Shown one piece after another: positions 48,273 to 58,125 of a stretch of DNA of 64,000 nt (position 1 is its first letter; each line of letters begins with the position of its first letter). Below the pieces are notes generated by a model. It was not told the DNA's origin and ran no database searches. It worked only from the letters and a program-made list of their open reading frames with translations. Location: contig CAZUNO010000002.1 in the NCBI GenBank assembly GCA_964621445.1, forward strand, positions 107,151 through 171,150. The letters run 5' to 3'. The DNA is from Candidatus Hadarchaeota archaeon. GTDB taxonomy: Archaea > CAYQAE01 > CAYVLA01. Both the position numbers and the translations under genes were made by a program.

Positions 48273-49598
48273 TTACCCCTCCTTACTGGTTAACTCTGCT
48301 TCCCGATAGAACCTACGGCCTATCATTAGCGAGTAGACCACAAACCCCGTTACCAGTCCTACCCCGGTAACTGTAATCCATTCGATGATATAAACCCACA
48401 TCAGGGCCCCTTGTCTGAGCTTGATACCCTCTTGTGAGAGCTGGTGGAGTTCTTCGATGAATTCCTCCATCATCTCTCTCGCCTCTTGATAATTCTGAGC
48501 AATATATGCATTCCGGGCCTCCTCGGTACGGGAATTTAGCTCCTCGATATCATCCATGAGTGGACCGACATTGGCACCGAATTTCTGAATGAAGTCCGCC
48601 AGGCTTAGCAAATTTTGGGAATGCTGCCTAAAGGAGGCAAATGATTGCCTAGCCGAGTGTACCAGCATAACATCTGTGACTATTTCTCTACCCGTACCCA
48701 GGTACATCATATTGAACCACATATCCTTCCCGAACTCATTGTCGCTCCACCCCCTCTCATATGAACTCCAAAAAGGGTACCTTGGTGCATCCGCTACTGA
48801 CCAGGTCATTGCGTTTCCGTATTCCCAGGACAACACCCAAGGGCGGGTTTTCTCGGACATCTGCCTACTGAAGTGCATCCAGCCCCATGTATTCACCCCA
48901 TTCTTTGGTAGCATAATCCTTCCCCCATGTCCTCGCCACTTCTCGAGGCCAAATTCGAGGAAAGGAGTGAAAACTGGAGGTAATTCACGATTCAGCTCCA
49001 CGTGGAAAAGATCGATATTGGGAGCCTCCCGATTTTTGAAGTAGCTGGCAGTGGCATCCGAATCGCAGGGGAAAACCTCGGACACGGGACTGTCAGCCCA
49101 GGGCCCGTACATTAAGTAGTTCTTGCCCATTACCCCTCCGGTATCAGCTATGGCACAGGCCCCGCCATCGCGTATGGACCGTACCAAAAGGTCTAGCTGG
49201 TTTTGGGTGTACATATTTACCAATATCGACGAGAAATGAATCGCGTCATAGCTCCTCAGCTTGGAATATGAACGGGGAAAGTATATCCTTAGATATCTTC
49301 TTATCTCGTCCTTAAACGCGGTTCCGTGGGTCTCGGTCCAGCTTCCCTTGAACAACCTTGAGGGAACCATGGAAAATGAAATTCCCGGTTCGGACGAGAG
49401 CCAGTCCCTTAGGGGATTCAAGCGGTTATCCACAAGCCCCATGTACAATACCTTTAATCGACCGTCGCTTTCCTGGGCCAAGGAGGCAGGAAAAACAACC
49501 ATTACCAGGATGGTTAGGAAAAATAACGGGAGCAAGTACTTGAATTCACCTCTTTTTGAAGGATCTACTTCCCTGAAAATTCCGGATAACATTGACAT
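48273..49598 (-). CDS. secreted protein with an N-terminal ThuA/GATase1-like domain and a conserved C-terminal TM anchor (paralogue A)
   Basis: Signal peptide, then KVLYMG... and ...ADTGGVMG motifs. The C-terminal block FGANVGPL...ALMWVYIIEWITVTG...RRFY is shared with the ORFs at 61915 and 63222. Confidence 0.6.
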   Translation of the reverse strand: MSMLSGIFREVDPSKRGEFKYLLPLFFLTILVMVVFPASLAQESDGRLKVLYMGLVDNRLNPLRDWLSSEPGISFSMVPSRLFKGSWTETHGTAFKDEIRRYLRIYFPRSYSKLRSYDAIHFSSILVNMYTQNQLDLLVRSIRDGGACAIADTGGVMGKNYLMYGPWADSPVSEVFPCDSDATASYFKNREAPNIDLFHVELNRELPPVFTPFLEFGLEKWRGHGGRIMLPKNGVNTWGWMHFSRQMSEKTRPWVLSWEYGNAMTWSVADAPRYPFWSSYERGWSDNEFGKDMWFNMMYLGTGREIVTDVMLVHSARQSFASFRQHSQNLLSLADFIQKFGANVGPLMDDIEELNSRTEEARNAYIAQNYQEAREMMEEFIEELHQLSQEGIKLRQGALMWVYIIEWITVTGVGLVTGFVVYSLMIGRRFYREAELTSKEG

Positions 49599-49673
49599 GA
49601 ATGGCGGTATATCATCTTGGATAAATTACTTAAATTTGTATGAGAGGTATGGCTGGGTGACTGGAGGTCTGGA

Positions 49674-50006
49674 TTGGTTAAATTTGAAAATATCGACGCC
49701 GCTGATGACGGGATACTCGACCATTATGTGGTCGAGCTTGAGAACGACGTAGGTACCGGCTCCGCGGCAATTCAGGAACTAAAGATGGATGGCGAGATCA
49801 TCCCTCCAGAAAAAATTAGGCTGAAGATAGGGAACCAGTCCTGCAAGCCATTCAAACCTGGGTGCGTTCTGGCCTCTCGTTATGGGGACAAGATCTCCAT
49901 CGAGGTCGAGATGGAGGGAGGACTCGAACCAGGAGAGCACTCACTGGGAGCCAAGGTCAAACTAGGGTGGATATGCCGGACCGTGGAATTTAAGGGGTGT
50001 ATATAG
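49674..50006 (+). CDS. hypothetical small protein
   Basis: 110-aa ORF with balanced composition and a TTG start, lying between divergent genes. No family assigned. Confidence 0.3.
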   Translation: MVKFENIDAADDGILDHYVVELENDVGTGSAAIQELKMDGEIIPPEKIRLKIGNQSCKPFKPGCVLASRYGDKISIEVEMEGGLEPGEHSLGAKVKLGWICRTVEFKGCI

Positions 50007-50067
50007 CCTTCCTGGCGAGGAAATCTTATTCAAGCCCAAATTTGAGAAGTGACCGGAGAATGATAGG

Positions 50068-51318
50068 TTGGAGAAGCTGGCCATAAATGGAGGGACACCC
50101 GTTCGGACGGAGAGACTTGATAACTCGCCAGCCATGGCCCCCAAGGAGAAGGAACTGGTTTTGAATGTCATCGAATCCAGAGAGCTTTGTGCCATTGATG
50201 GGTCCAAGGCGGATGAATTTGAACACAAGTTCGCCGACTTCGTGGGCAGCAAACATGCCATAGCCGTGAACACTGGTACCGCAGCGCTCCACATAGCCCT
50301 GGCCGCCGCCGGAGTAGGACCCGGGGATGAGGTTATCGTGCCGGCATACACGTTCATTGCCAGCGCAACCTCCGTCCTACACTGCAACGCTGTTCCGGTC
50401 TTCTGTGATATTCTTCCCGATACCTATTGCATGGACCCGGAGGACGTGGAAAAGAGGATCACTGATAGCACAAAGGCTCTTATGCCGGTCCACCTCTTCG
50501 GTCATCCTGCGCAAATGGACGAGATACTTGACATTGCGGACCAATATGACCTATCAGTTATCGAGGACAGCGCACAGGCCCACGCCGCCGAATACAAGGG
50601 GCGAAGCGTGGGTACACTAGGGGACCTGGGCTGTTTCTCCTTCCAGCAAAGCAAGAATATGACTGCCGGGGAGGGTGGACTCGTGGTCACCGATAACGAT
50701 GAAATGGCCGATGTCTGCAGAAAGATTAGACATCACGGCGAGGATTATGGGCCGTCAGCATCACGGACCTATGAGAGTTTCATTCCCGGCTACAACTACA
50801 GGATTACCGAACTCTCCGCTGCCGTGCTACTGGCCCAGCTGGAGATGCTTGAAGCCTTCACGGAGAGGAGGATAGGTAACGCCAGTAGACTCGTCGATGA
50901 ACTCAGTCAGTTTGATTGGATACAGGAACCCAGGAAAAGGAAATACGTAAAGCATGTCTATCATGTTTTCGTTCTCCGGATAAAGGAGTCCGAACTGGGG
51001 ATGAGTCGTGACCAGGTGTTCCGAGCATATACTGCCGAGGGGCCCTATGCGGGCCTCGGATATTCCCGGCCTCTATACATGAACCCTCTATTTAAGGAAA
51101 AGGTTGGTTTCGGCGGCACAGATTGTCCCTACGGGTGCAAGCACTACCAGGGCTCCGTGTCCTATGAGGAAGGCCTTTGCCCGGTCACGGAACAGGTTAT
51201 TCGGGACGCCCTCTGGATCGGTGGCGGTTGGACCATACACAATCTCACGCACCAGGATATAGAGGACATCGTCCATTCCTTCTTAAAAATCAATGAGTAT
51301 GCAATGTCCAAAACCTAA
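50068..51318 (+). CDS. DegT/DnrJ/EryC1/StrS-family PLP-dependent aminotransferase (second copy)
   Basis: NTGTAALHIA; FSFQQSKNMTAGEGG with the PLP-lysine; the C-terminal pattern typical of sugar aminotransferases. Confidence 0.85.
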   Translation: MEKLAINGGTPVRTERLDNSPAMAPKEKELVLNVIESRELCAIDGSKADEFEHKFADFVGSKHAIAVNTGTAALHIALAAAGVGPGDEVIVPAYTFIASATSVLHCNAVPVFCDILPDTYCMDPEDVEKRITDSTKALMPVHLFGHPAQMDEILDIADQYDLSVIEDSAQAHAAEYKGRSVGTLGDLGCFSFQQSKNMTAGEGGLVVTDNDEMADVCRKIRHHGEDYGPSASRTYESFIPGYNYRITELSAAVLLAQLEMLEAFTERRIGNASRLVDELSQFDWIQEPRKRKYVKHVYHVFVLRIKESELGMSRDQVFRAYTAEGPYAGLGYSRPLYMNPLFKEKVGFGGTDCPYGCKHYQGSVSYEEGLCPVTEQVIRDALWIGGGWTIHNLTHQDIEDIVHSFLKINEYAMSKT

Positions 51319-51522
51319 TTTGACCAGGGAATGTAATATCTGCTCTAACTTGGGTTTATGCACTATAATCCTCAACATTGCTCCGTCTTCAACAGGCTTG
51401 AAAAGTATCCGCTTACAACAGCGGTGGTAAAAGTTGCTCATTTGGTTTAGTGAGGTAGGCTAATATTCTCCCCAAACGAAATACTCAATAGACTGCATCT
51501 AATCTAGTAACAGGGTGAACCC

Positions 51523-52077
51523 TTGAAGAAAAAAATCAAGCCAGGAACCCTCCTTTATCCCGTTCCCGTGGCCCTAGTCAGCTGCGCTGGGAAAAAGAGC
51601 GGAGCGAATATCATAACCATAGCCTGGACCGGAATCATTTGCTCGGACCCACCGATGGTCAGCATATCCATAAGGCCACACCGACACTCCTCTAATATCG
51701 TGAAGGACAGTAGACAATTTGTGATCAACGTGCCTACGGAGGACCTGCTGCAGAAGGTGGACAAGTGTGGAACAACCTCGGGTAGGTACCACGACAAGTT
51801 CCAGGACATCGGGCTGACGCCCCTGGATTCAAGCGAGGTGAATGCTCCAATGATCAAGGAATGCCCTGTAAACCTGGAGTGCGAGGTCCAGGACATGATT
51901 GAGCTGGGTTCCCACGAGATGTTCATTGCCAAGGTCGTTGCCGCGCATGCCGATGAGGATGTACTTGAAAATGACCAGGTACAGGTATCGAGGGCAAAAC
52001 CACTGGTATTCTGTCCCGTGAGCTCAGAGTATTGGAATCTCGATAAGAAGTTGGGTAACTACGCCTTTACCTCCTAG
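51523..52077 (+). CDS. flavin reductase-like domain protein (HpaC/NADH:FMN oxidoreductase family)
   Basis: LYPVPVALVSC...GANIITIAW, typical of the flavin reductase-like FMN-binding split barrel. Confidence 0.8.
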   Translation: MKKKIKPGTLLYPVPVALVSCAGKKSGANIITIAWTGIICSDPPMVSISIRPHRHSSNIVKDSRQFVINVPTEDLLQKVDKCGTTSGRYHDKFQDIGLTPLDSSEVNAPMIKECPVNLECEVQDMIELGSHEMFIAKVVAAHADEDVLENDQVQVSRAKPLVFCPVSSEYWNLDKKLGNYAFTS

Positions 52078-52128
52078 GGATCTGGGAAACAGATAAACGC
52101 ACGCTATCCAGTTCTTGGGTGATATGCC

Positions 52129-53637
52129 ATGGGACGGGACGCGGAAAGGCTAGTGATTGGATTCTCCTATTCCATGGTAGGGGGAGTAATTTCCCAAGCC
52201 CTTGTCTATCTTGCCGGGGTGCTGGTAATGAGGTTACTGGGCCCAGAGAGCTACGGCCTTTACCAGCTGGTATTTCTGGTCCCCCTTCTCTTCACCCCTA
52301 TACTTAATCTTGGAATCGAATCCACTCTGGTTAGGTTCGTATCCAGATATATAGTCGACGACCGCAATAGGGGCATCAGGACGGCCAGATTTCTGTTCAT
52401 GGCCAGGTTAGCAATCGCTCTGGCGGCAAGCCTACTCATTCTCGCCCTTTCTCCATGGATATCCAACTTGTTAGGAGAGGAGGTTACCTTGGGAGTCCAG
52501 ATTACGGGAATTTTCCTATTGGGGAACATGCTCTACCTTTTCATGAACTCTTTCTTCCAGTCCTTCTTCCTCATGCGGGAACGGACGATAGTCATGACCA
52601 CGCATGGAGCCTCCTATCTGGCACTCGTCCCTCTCCTCGTGTACCTAGATTTCGGTTATCTTGCTCCCATAGTAGGATTCAGCATCGCAAAGTATCTTGC
52701 GGTGGCAATCGGCCTGATCCTGGCCTGGAGAAAGGACCTTAACCTGTTGGCCAGGCCCTCCCGGGAGGGCGTTCATCTTTTGGAGCAGGTCAAATTCGCA
52801 GCTCCCACTTATATCACCGTTTTACTGTGGGCCGTCTTCACCCAGGTGGGAGTCATAATTATCCGGGGTATGGGACTTCCGGTGGTTGAAATCGGGTATT
52901 TCCGTGGCGTATTTAACATCGTCATGTTGGGAGGTTTCCTGGCCATGATACTCCATGTGGTGGTGTATCCCTATGTATCGGAACTTGAATCCCGCCAGGA
53001 CCAGGAAGCTCTGCAATCATTTTGCAGTCTAATAACCCGCTTCCTGATACTACTGGCAATCCCTGCATCAGCCGGATTCCTACTTGTTTCCAGGCCCACC
53101 CTGGAAGCACTGCTCCCCGATTACCTGCCGGCATTAACCCTTCTGAGAATACTATCTTTGATGCTCGTCTTCCTCCCCCTGTTCCAGATCAGCAAGACCA
53201 TGCTCCTAGGCCTGGGCAAACCCAGAATAGTTGCCTACTCTAGTCTAATCGCCACGGCCACCGTATGCTCAATGGGTTCCCTTCTTTCCTTTTTCGCCGG
53301 GACCGAGGGACTTTCCTTCTCCTACACCATCGGCATCCTTCTGGCCACGTGCTACACGTTATACCAGCTTCGTAAGGCCATAGGCTTGGAGGTAGAGATC
53401 CTCACCATCGGAAAGATAGGACTATCCACCTTGATTATGGGAATAATCACCCATCTCACTATGCAAACACTTCAAAAACCGATTTTCCAGATAGCAATAG
53501 GAATACCAGTTGGCCTGGCAACATACTTGGGGCTCATATACCTCCTTAAAGCTCTAAAACCACGAGACATGAAAATAATCAAGACCGCCGTCGGTATAGC
53601 CAAGGAACAGACCCTAGTTAAGAATCGCGGGGAATAA
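52129..53637 (+). CDS. MOP-superfamily oligosaccharide/polysaccharide flippase (Wzx/MATE-like)
   Basis: 502 aa with about 12-14 TM helices and the polysaccharide-biosynthesis protein pattern. It follows the aminotransferase and flavin reductase genes. Confidence 0.8.
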   Translation: MGRDAERLVIGFSYSMVGGVISQALVYLAGVLVMRLLGPESYGLYQLVFLVPLLFTPILNLGIESTLVRFVSRYIVDDRNRGIRTARFLFMARLAIALAASLLILALSPWISNLLGEEVTLGVQITGIFLLGNMLYLFMNSFFQSFFLMRERTIVMTTHGASYLALVPLLVYLDFGYLAPIVGFSIAKYLAVAIGLILAWRKDLNLLARPSREGVHLLEQVKFAAPTYITVLLWAVFTQVGVIIIRGMGLPVVEIGYFRGVFNIVMLGGFLAMILHVVVYPYVSELESRQDQEALQSFCSLITRFLILLAIPASAGFLLVSRPTLEALLPDYLPALTLLRILSLMLVFLPLFQISKTMLLGLGKPRIVAYSSLIATATVCSMGSLLSFFAGTEGLSFSYTIGILLATCYTLYQLRKAIGLEVEILTIGKIGLSTLIMGIITHLTMQTLQKPIFQIAIGIPVGLATYLGLIYLLKALKPRDMKIIKTAVGIAKEQTLVKNRGE

Positions 53638-53638
53638 T

Positions 53639-53653
53639 GGACACCTTGTGTCC
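53639..53653 (+). terminator. perfect 6-bp stem-loop (GGACAC-CTT-GTGTCC) immediately after the flippase stop codon
   Basis: An inverted repeat is visible 2 nt after the TAA at 53635-53637. Whether it acts as an archaeal terminator is unproven. Confidence 0.3.
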
Positions 53654-53892
53654 CTCCCGTTCGTATATGAGATCTTAACTATAGCTAATTTTGTTTAAGG
53701 CTTGGCTCGAGGGGATTAACCTCTCGTATACGAAGTTTGAATTGGACCCGGTTCATGGACCATATTTCCTGCCGTGAGTCTCGCAGATTCCGAAAAAACA
53801 TGCGCCGGGTCATCTATAAGCCATGGCCCAGCAAAATGACTAGAAGTGTTTTCCATGGCCCGTTATCTCATTTAGGGGGGAAATAGGATAGA

Positions 53893-56196
53893 ATGGCATG
53901 GGGACAAATAATCTATTTCACACCTCTTATTTCATCTTCAGCAATCTCTGTTGGGCTGGCCCTTTATGCTTGGAGACGGCATTCCTCGATTGGGAAAAAG
54001 GAGTTCTCCTTGCTGATGTTGTCCGTGGCCTGGTGGGCCTTTTTCTACGCCTTGGAGATGCAATCTAGCTCGCTGGGAAACAAGCTGTTACTGGCCAAGA
54101 TCCAGTACCTGGGAATCGCTTCCGTACCTTTGATGTGGTCACTCTTTTCCCTCAGGTATACCGGTCGCGGAACATACCTCACAAAACCCAAGATCGGCCT
54201 TTTAGCCATTATTCCATTAACCACCGTTTCACTGGCTTTAACCAACGACTATCACGGGCTTCTATGGTCAAATGTCTACCTAGCACAGACAGGAAATCTT
54301 GCCTACCTGGCAAAGACCTATGGTTTCTGGTTCTGGATAAATGCAGGATATTCCTATATTTTGATGATAATTGGGTCATTCCTCCTGCTTTACCATTCGA
54401 ATAAGCTACCTGTGCTTTACCATGAGCAGGTCACCTGCCTTCTTATAGCCGCCTTTATGCCCATGATTGGTAATTTTCTTTACATTACTCGAATATCTCC
54501 AATGCCAAATATTGACTCCACCCCTTTCAGTTTCACCTTGGCAGGCCTGGCCCTGGCATGGGGCATATTCAGATATAGAATACTGGATATCGTTCCAGTT
54601 GCCAGGGACAAGGTCTTTGAAAAAACCAATGATTTGATCTATTTGCTCGACCGTCAGCTACGGGTCGTAGACCTTAATCCGGCGGCAGAATCATTGCTGA
54701 ATGAATCTAGAGGCGGGTTCATCGGGAAGAGGTTGAATCAGGTTATGGATTTTCCAATTGATATGTCCGATCATATTGATGGAGAACACGGCTTCAAGGA
54801 TCCTCTATGTATACAGATAGATGATCAGATGCGATTTTTTGATCTAACTGTATCCCGCTTAAAGGATAATCAGGGGCGATTCGTGGGTCTTATACTATTC
54901 CTGAAGGATATTACCGAACGCAAGATGGTCGAGAATAACCTCAGAAGAACCACAAAAAAACTGGATGAAAACGTGCGCCAGAGGACCCTGGAACTGGTGC
55001 ACACCAACAGGGCCATGAGACAGGAAAATGAAGAAAGGAAGAAGGCCCAGAGAAAGCTTAAGCTTTCGCAGGAAAAATTGAGAACCACCCTGGATGCCTC
55101 TCCCGACTCGATCATCGTTATCGACATAGATGGGAGGATAATTGACTGCAATCCAGCAACAGCAGATATCTTTGAATATTCCTCCATTGAGGACGTGATA
55201 GGCAAGGAGGCTTTTTCCTTCGTATCAAAAGAGGACCTTGACAGGGTTCAATTCGATCGTCGTACCTGCCTGAACTCCGGGTTTATTCGTAATCATCAAT
55301 ACAAACTGATCACTAGCCACGGAAGAGAATTCCCCGCGGAGGTCTCCGCAAGCGTGGTCAAGGATTCAACGGGGTCACCATCACTATACGTGGTAATGAG
55401 CAGGGACATATCGGAAAGGAAAAGGAATGAAAAGGAACTACGCCGATACTCGGAAAGACTTGAAGATCTGGTTCAGGAAAAGAGCGAGGAGCTTCGAGAT
55501 GCTGAAAGGATGGCCGCCATAGGCCAAACCGCTAGCATGGTTGGTCACGACCTAAGGAATCCCCTGCAGGCAATTTTAAATAACGTATATCTGGCCAGAA
55601 AACAATTGACGGGCGAAACGAATGGCGAATCCCTCAAGGGTCGACTAGAAATTATACGAGACGAGATACTATACATGAACAAGATCGTATCCGACCTCCA
55701 GGACTTCGCCAAGCCACTGAAACCAGAACTCAGCCCAATAAATGTCAAATCCTTAATTCAAAACATCTTGACTGGATTAAACCTGCCCAAAAAGGTAGAT
55801 GTGTCTATAGACCTGAAGGATACACTTACCTTAGAGATGGATTCGATGATGATGAAGAGGGTGTTAACAAATCTGGTAAATAATGCAATTCAGGCCATGC
55901 CTGACGGTGGGAAACTAAAGATTTCGGCCGATGGGGGAAATGGCATAGCCCATATCTCTGTCAGTGACACCGGCACTGGAATCTCCCCCGATGACAAGGA
56001 GAAGGTATTCAAGCCCCTTTTCACCACCAAGGCCAAGGGACAGGGATTTGGCCTTGCTGTCTGTGAACGATTTGTGACCGCTCACCAGGGGAGAATAACG
56101 ATCGACACCGAACTAAGGGTTGGTACAACTTTCACAATTCATATACCAGCCCATCCGAATCATAAAACCCAGGAAGAATCACCAGTTGCGACCTAG
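53893..56196 (+). CDS. sensor histidine kinase: N-terminal 7TM sensor domain, two PAS domains, HisKA and HATPase_c
   Basis: The N-terminal 7 TM helices match the HK 7TM-receptor type. A coiled coil is present. H-box AIGQTASMVGHDLRNPL. N-box NLVNNAIQA. G-boxes DTGTGI and GQGFGL. Confidence 0.85.
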   Translation: MAWGQIIYFTPLISSSAISVGLALYAWRRHSSIGKKEFSLLMLSVAWWAFFYALEMQSSSLGNKLLLAKIQYLGIASVPLMWSLFSLRYTGRGTYLTKPKIGLLAIIPLTTVSLALTNDYHGLLWSNVYLAQTGNLAYLAKTYGFWFWINAGYSYILMIIGSFLLLYHSNKLPVLYHEQVTCLLIAAFMPMIGNFLYITRISPMPNIDSTPFSFTLAGLALAWGIFRYRILDIVPVARDKVFEKTNDLIYLLDRQLRVVDLNPAAESLLNESRGGFIGKRLNQVMDFPIDMSDHIDGEHGFKDPLCIQIDDQMRFFDLTVSRLKDNQGRFVGLILFLKDITERKMVENNLRRTTKKLDENVRQRTLELVHTNRAMRQENEERKKAQRKLKLSQEKLRTTLDASPDSIIVIDIDGRIIDCNPATADIFEYSSIEDVIGKEAFSFVSKEDLDRVQFDRRTCLNSGFIRNHQYKLITSHGREFPAEVSASVVKDSTGSPSLYVVMSRDISERKRNEKELRRYSERLEDLVQEKSEELRDAERMAAIGQTASMVGHDLRNPLQAILNNVYLARKQLTGETNGESLKGRLEIIRDEILYMNKIVSDLQDFAKPLKPELSPINVKSLIQNILTGLNLPKKVDVSIDLKDTLTLEMDSMMMKRVLTNLVNNAIQAMPDGGKLKISADGGNGIAHISVSDTGTGISPDDKEKVFKPLFTTKAKGQGFGLAVCERFVTAHQGRITIDTELRVGTTFTIHIPAHPNHKTQEESPVAT

Positions 56197-56208
56197 ATAA
56201 AGGTGAAT

Positions 56209-57369
56209 TTAACCTTTTTGTTTCAATTCTATATTCCTCTCAAGCAGAGACCTCTGCCGTTTATCAAAGCACTCAAGGGAGAGGACTAACAGGAGGGTTG
56301 CTCCTTTAGATGAGGCCTTATCCGAGAGATCATATAGACACTTCATTGTAGGTTCAAACCCGTTATTTATGACCAAGTATTCCAAACCATCTAGGAGGAT
56401 GGCCGCGCCCTCGGTTTTATCCAGGAAGGAAGAGATGACGCCTCCAACCATCCCCACGTTCGCCGACCCTAGTGCTTCCTCGTTCAATTTTTCACGGGTG
56501 AGCCAGATAATCGGGGTCTGAGTTAGGGCGAAATTTCTTTTAACTGAATCCGGGGATCTGCGGGTTACGCACAGACCCGGGATATCAATGGACACCATAT
56601 GTGATAAGGCTCTAAAGGCCTCTTTCTCCGATCTAAAGAGATAGGCCTCTCCTTTCTCCAGGAGACGTTCTCGATTCACAGAATTATCCCTTGCTCTTTC
56701 TTCTTTCCTAGGTTTAAGACTGAATAGCCTGTACTTTTCAGTAGTAATCGAGAACCCTATAACGAAAGCCATTGTTGCAAGGGCTGAGAACCCGTCAACC
56801 ATTTCCGCGACTAGTGGTAAGAGTCTAGTTTCCAATAAGAAATTGTGGACGATCTTTGAGCCAACTAAAATTAGCGAACAATAACCCATAATCAAAACGG
56901 GTACCTTAAGAACGGGGGTTGAATTTCGTATCTGGAGCCATATTATATATCCCAATACGATGCCCGAGGCGATAAACCCCACTGCCATGATCCTTGGAAC
57001 TAGCTTATTTCCTGCTGGTAATGCCAGAACTACGAAACTAAGAATGGCCAATGGACTGAATACCGCAGCTGTTCCCTTTCTACATGAAAGGAAATCCACC
57101 TCTCTTGGATATTTACCCAGAACAAATGCCATAAGGGTAACAATGGCCATTATGGCAAGATTATTGATAATAAGGGCTAGAGATCCCGAGCGAAATATCA
57201 AGAAAGAATCCAACACAATGAGCAGAGAAGATGCAAGAAGTAGAGTTGGGATAATGACTACAATCCATTTCATATGGCTACTTAATTCCCTTCTAGAGAT
57301 GGATACTCCAACTACTATTGATAGGATTGCCGTACTAATCCACAATGCATCCACGGAGCTCAGCAACAA
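56209..57369 (-). CDS. multi-TM protein with a C-terminal DUF835 domain (degenerate KaiC/RecA-like domain without a Walker A)
   Basis: About 8 TM helices followed by GLCVTRRSPDSV...ILLDGLEYLV...LYDLSDKASSKGATLLLVLS. This aligns motif-for-motif with the adjacent KaiC-like ATPase but lacks GxxGxGKT. Confidence 0.7.
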   Translation of the reverse strand: MLLSSVDALWISTAILSIVVGVSISRRELSSHMKWIVVIIPTLLLASSLLIVLDSFLIFRSGSLALIINNLAIMAIVTLMAFVLGKYPREVDFLSCRKGTAAVFSPLAILSFVVLALPAGNKLVPRIMAVGFIASGIVLGYIIWLQIRNSTPVLKVPVLIMGYCSLILVGSKIVHNFLLETRLLPLVAEMVDGFSALATMAFVIGFSITTEKYRLFSLKPRKEERARDNSVNRERLLEKGEAYLFRSEKEAFRALSHMVSIDIPGLCVTRRSPDSVKRNFALTQTPIIWLTREKLNEEALGSANVGMVGGVISSFLDKTEGAAILLDGLEYLVINNGFEPTMKCLYDLSDKASSKGATLLLVLSLECFDKRQRSLLERNIELKQKG

Positions 57370-57382
57370 ACCCGTTCCTACC

Positions 57383-58060
57383 TTACTCGTAAAGTACGCC
57401 TTTTACCTGCAATCCCTCATCCGTTATCTCCAGCAGCCGTTTTCTGAGATCGTGTTTAGAGCCCCTTAGCTTCTTGATTTGGATATAGCGGTTAACGTCA
57501 TTAACCGTCTCCTTGAAACCAAGTTCTACCACGCCATCCACAAGATACTCCAAAGATGTTGGATTTGAAGTCTCTGTGACTAGCACTAGTCGAGAACTAG
57601 TTTCAATTGCCAGGTCTAGAATCATCTCTATTGAACACGGTTCCCTCTCCCCCACGGTCTGAGCCACTGCATCCCAACTGTCTATCGAGATTATGGGCTC
57701 ATCAATGTCCGTTATTATTGTGTCCAGAGCCTGAACGAAACCAGGCATGTTACCATAACGTAAATTCTTGAGAAGTCCACCATCCTTGGCTGGTCGACTG
57801 TTCACAGCATCTATGACCCCGCTTGGTGGCACCGACTTTTTGGCCCAGGGAAACATCTCATATAACCTGTCAGGGTCAACTCTGGTTGATACGTACAGAC
57901 CATTGCCGTTTTCACAGATTTCTTTCAAAAATGTAAGAGTAAATACCGTCTTTCCCGACCCAGGCGCTCCCTTCACGCATAAGGAGTAACCGGGAAACCT
58001 GTTCACCGTGTCGGTTATCTCTTTTGGTAAAGACAAATCTTGACCTCCCTTGTACATCAA
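57383..58060 (-). CDS. single-domain KaiC/RecA-superfamily ATPase
   Basis: Walker A GAPGSGKTVFTL. Walker B IISIDSWDAV. It lies 13 nt upstream of the DUF835 membrane protein on the same strand. Confidence 0.75.
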   Translation of the reverse strand: MMYKGGQDLSLPKEITDTVNRFPGYSLCVKGAPGSGKTVFTLTFLKEICENGNGLYVSTRVDPDRLYEMFPWAKKSVPPSGVIDAVNSRPAKDGGLLKNLRYGNMPGFVQALDTIITDIDEPIISIDSWDAVAQTVGEREPCSIEMILDLAIETSSRLVLVTETSNPTSLEYLVDGVVELGFKETVNDVNRYIQIKKLRGSKHDLRKRLLEITDEGLQVKGVLYE

Positions 58061-58087
58061 CCAGCCACTCTATTTAAAAACAAATGC

Positions 58088-58111
58088 ATTTGACTATTTG
58101 ACTATTTGACC
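58088..58111. repeat. tandem 8-mer (ATTTGACT x3) in a divergent intergenic region
   Basis: ATTTGACTATTTGACTATTTGACC lies between the kaiC-like gene start (58060) and the ORF starting at 58126. Confidence 0.6.
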
Positions 58112-58125
58112 TAAGTATCCTTAAA

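Noticed and set aside
50026-50292. 88-aa minus-strand ORF overlapping the start of the DegT gene
   Set aside because: It is antisense to a strongly supported aminotransferase N-terminus and has no motif support.
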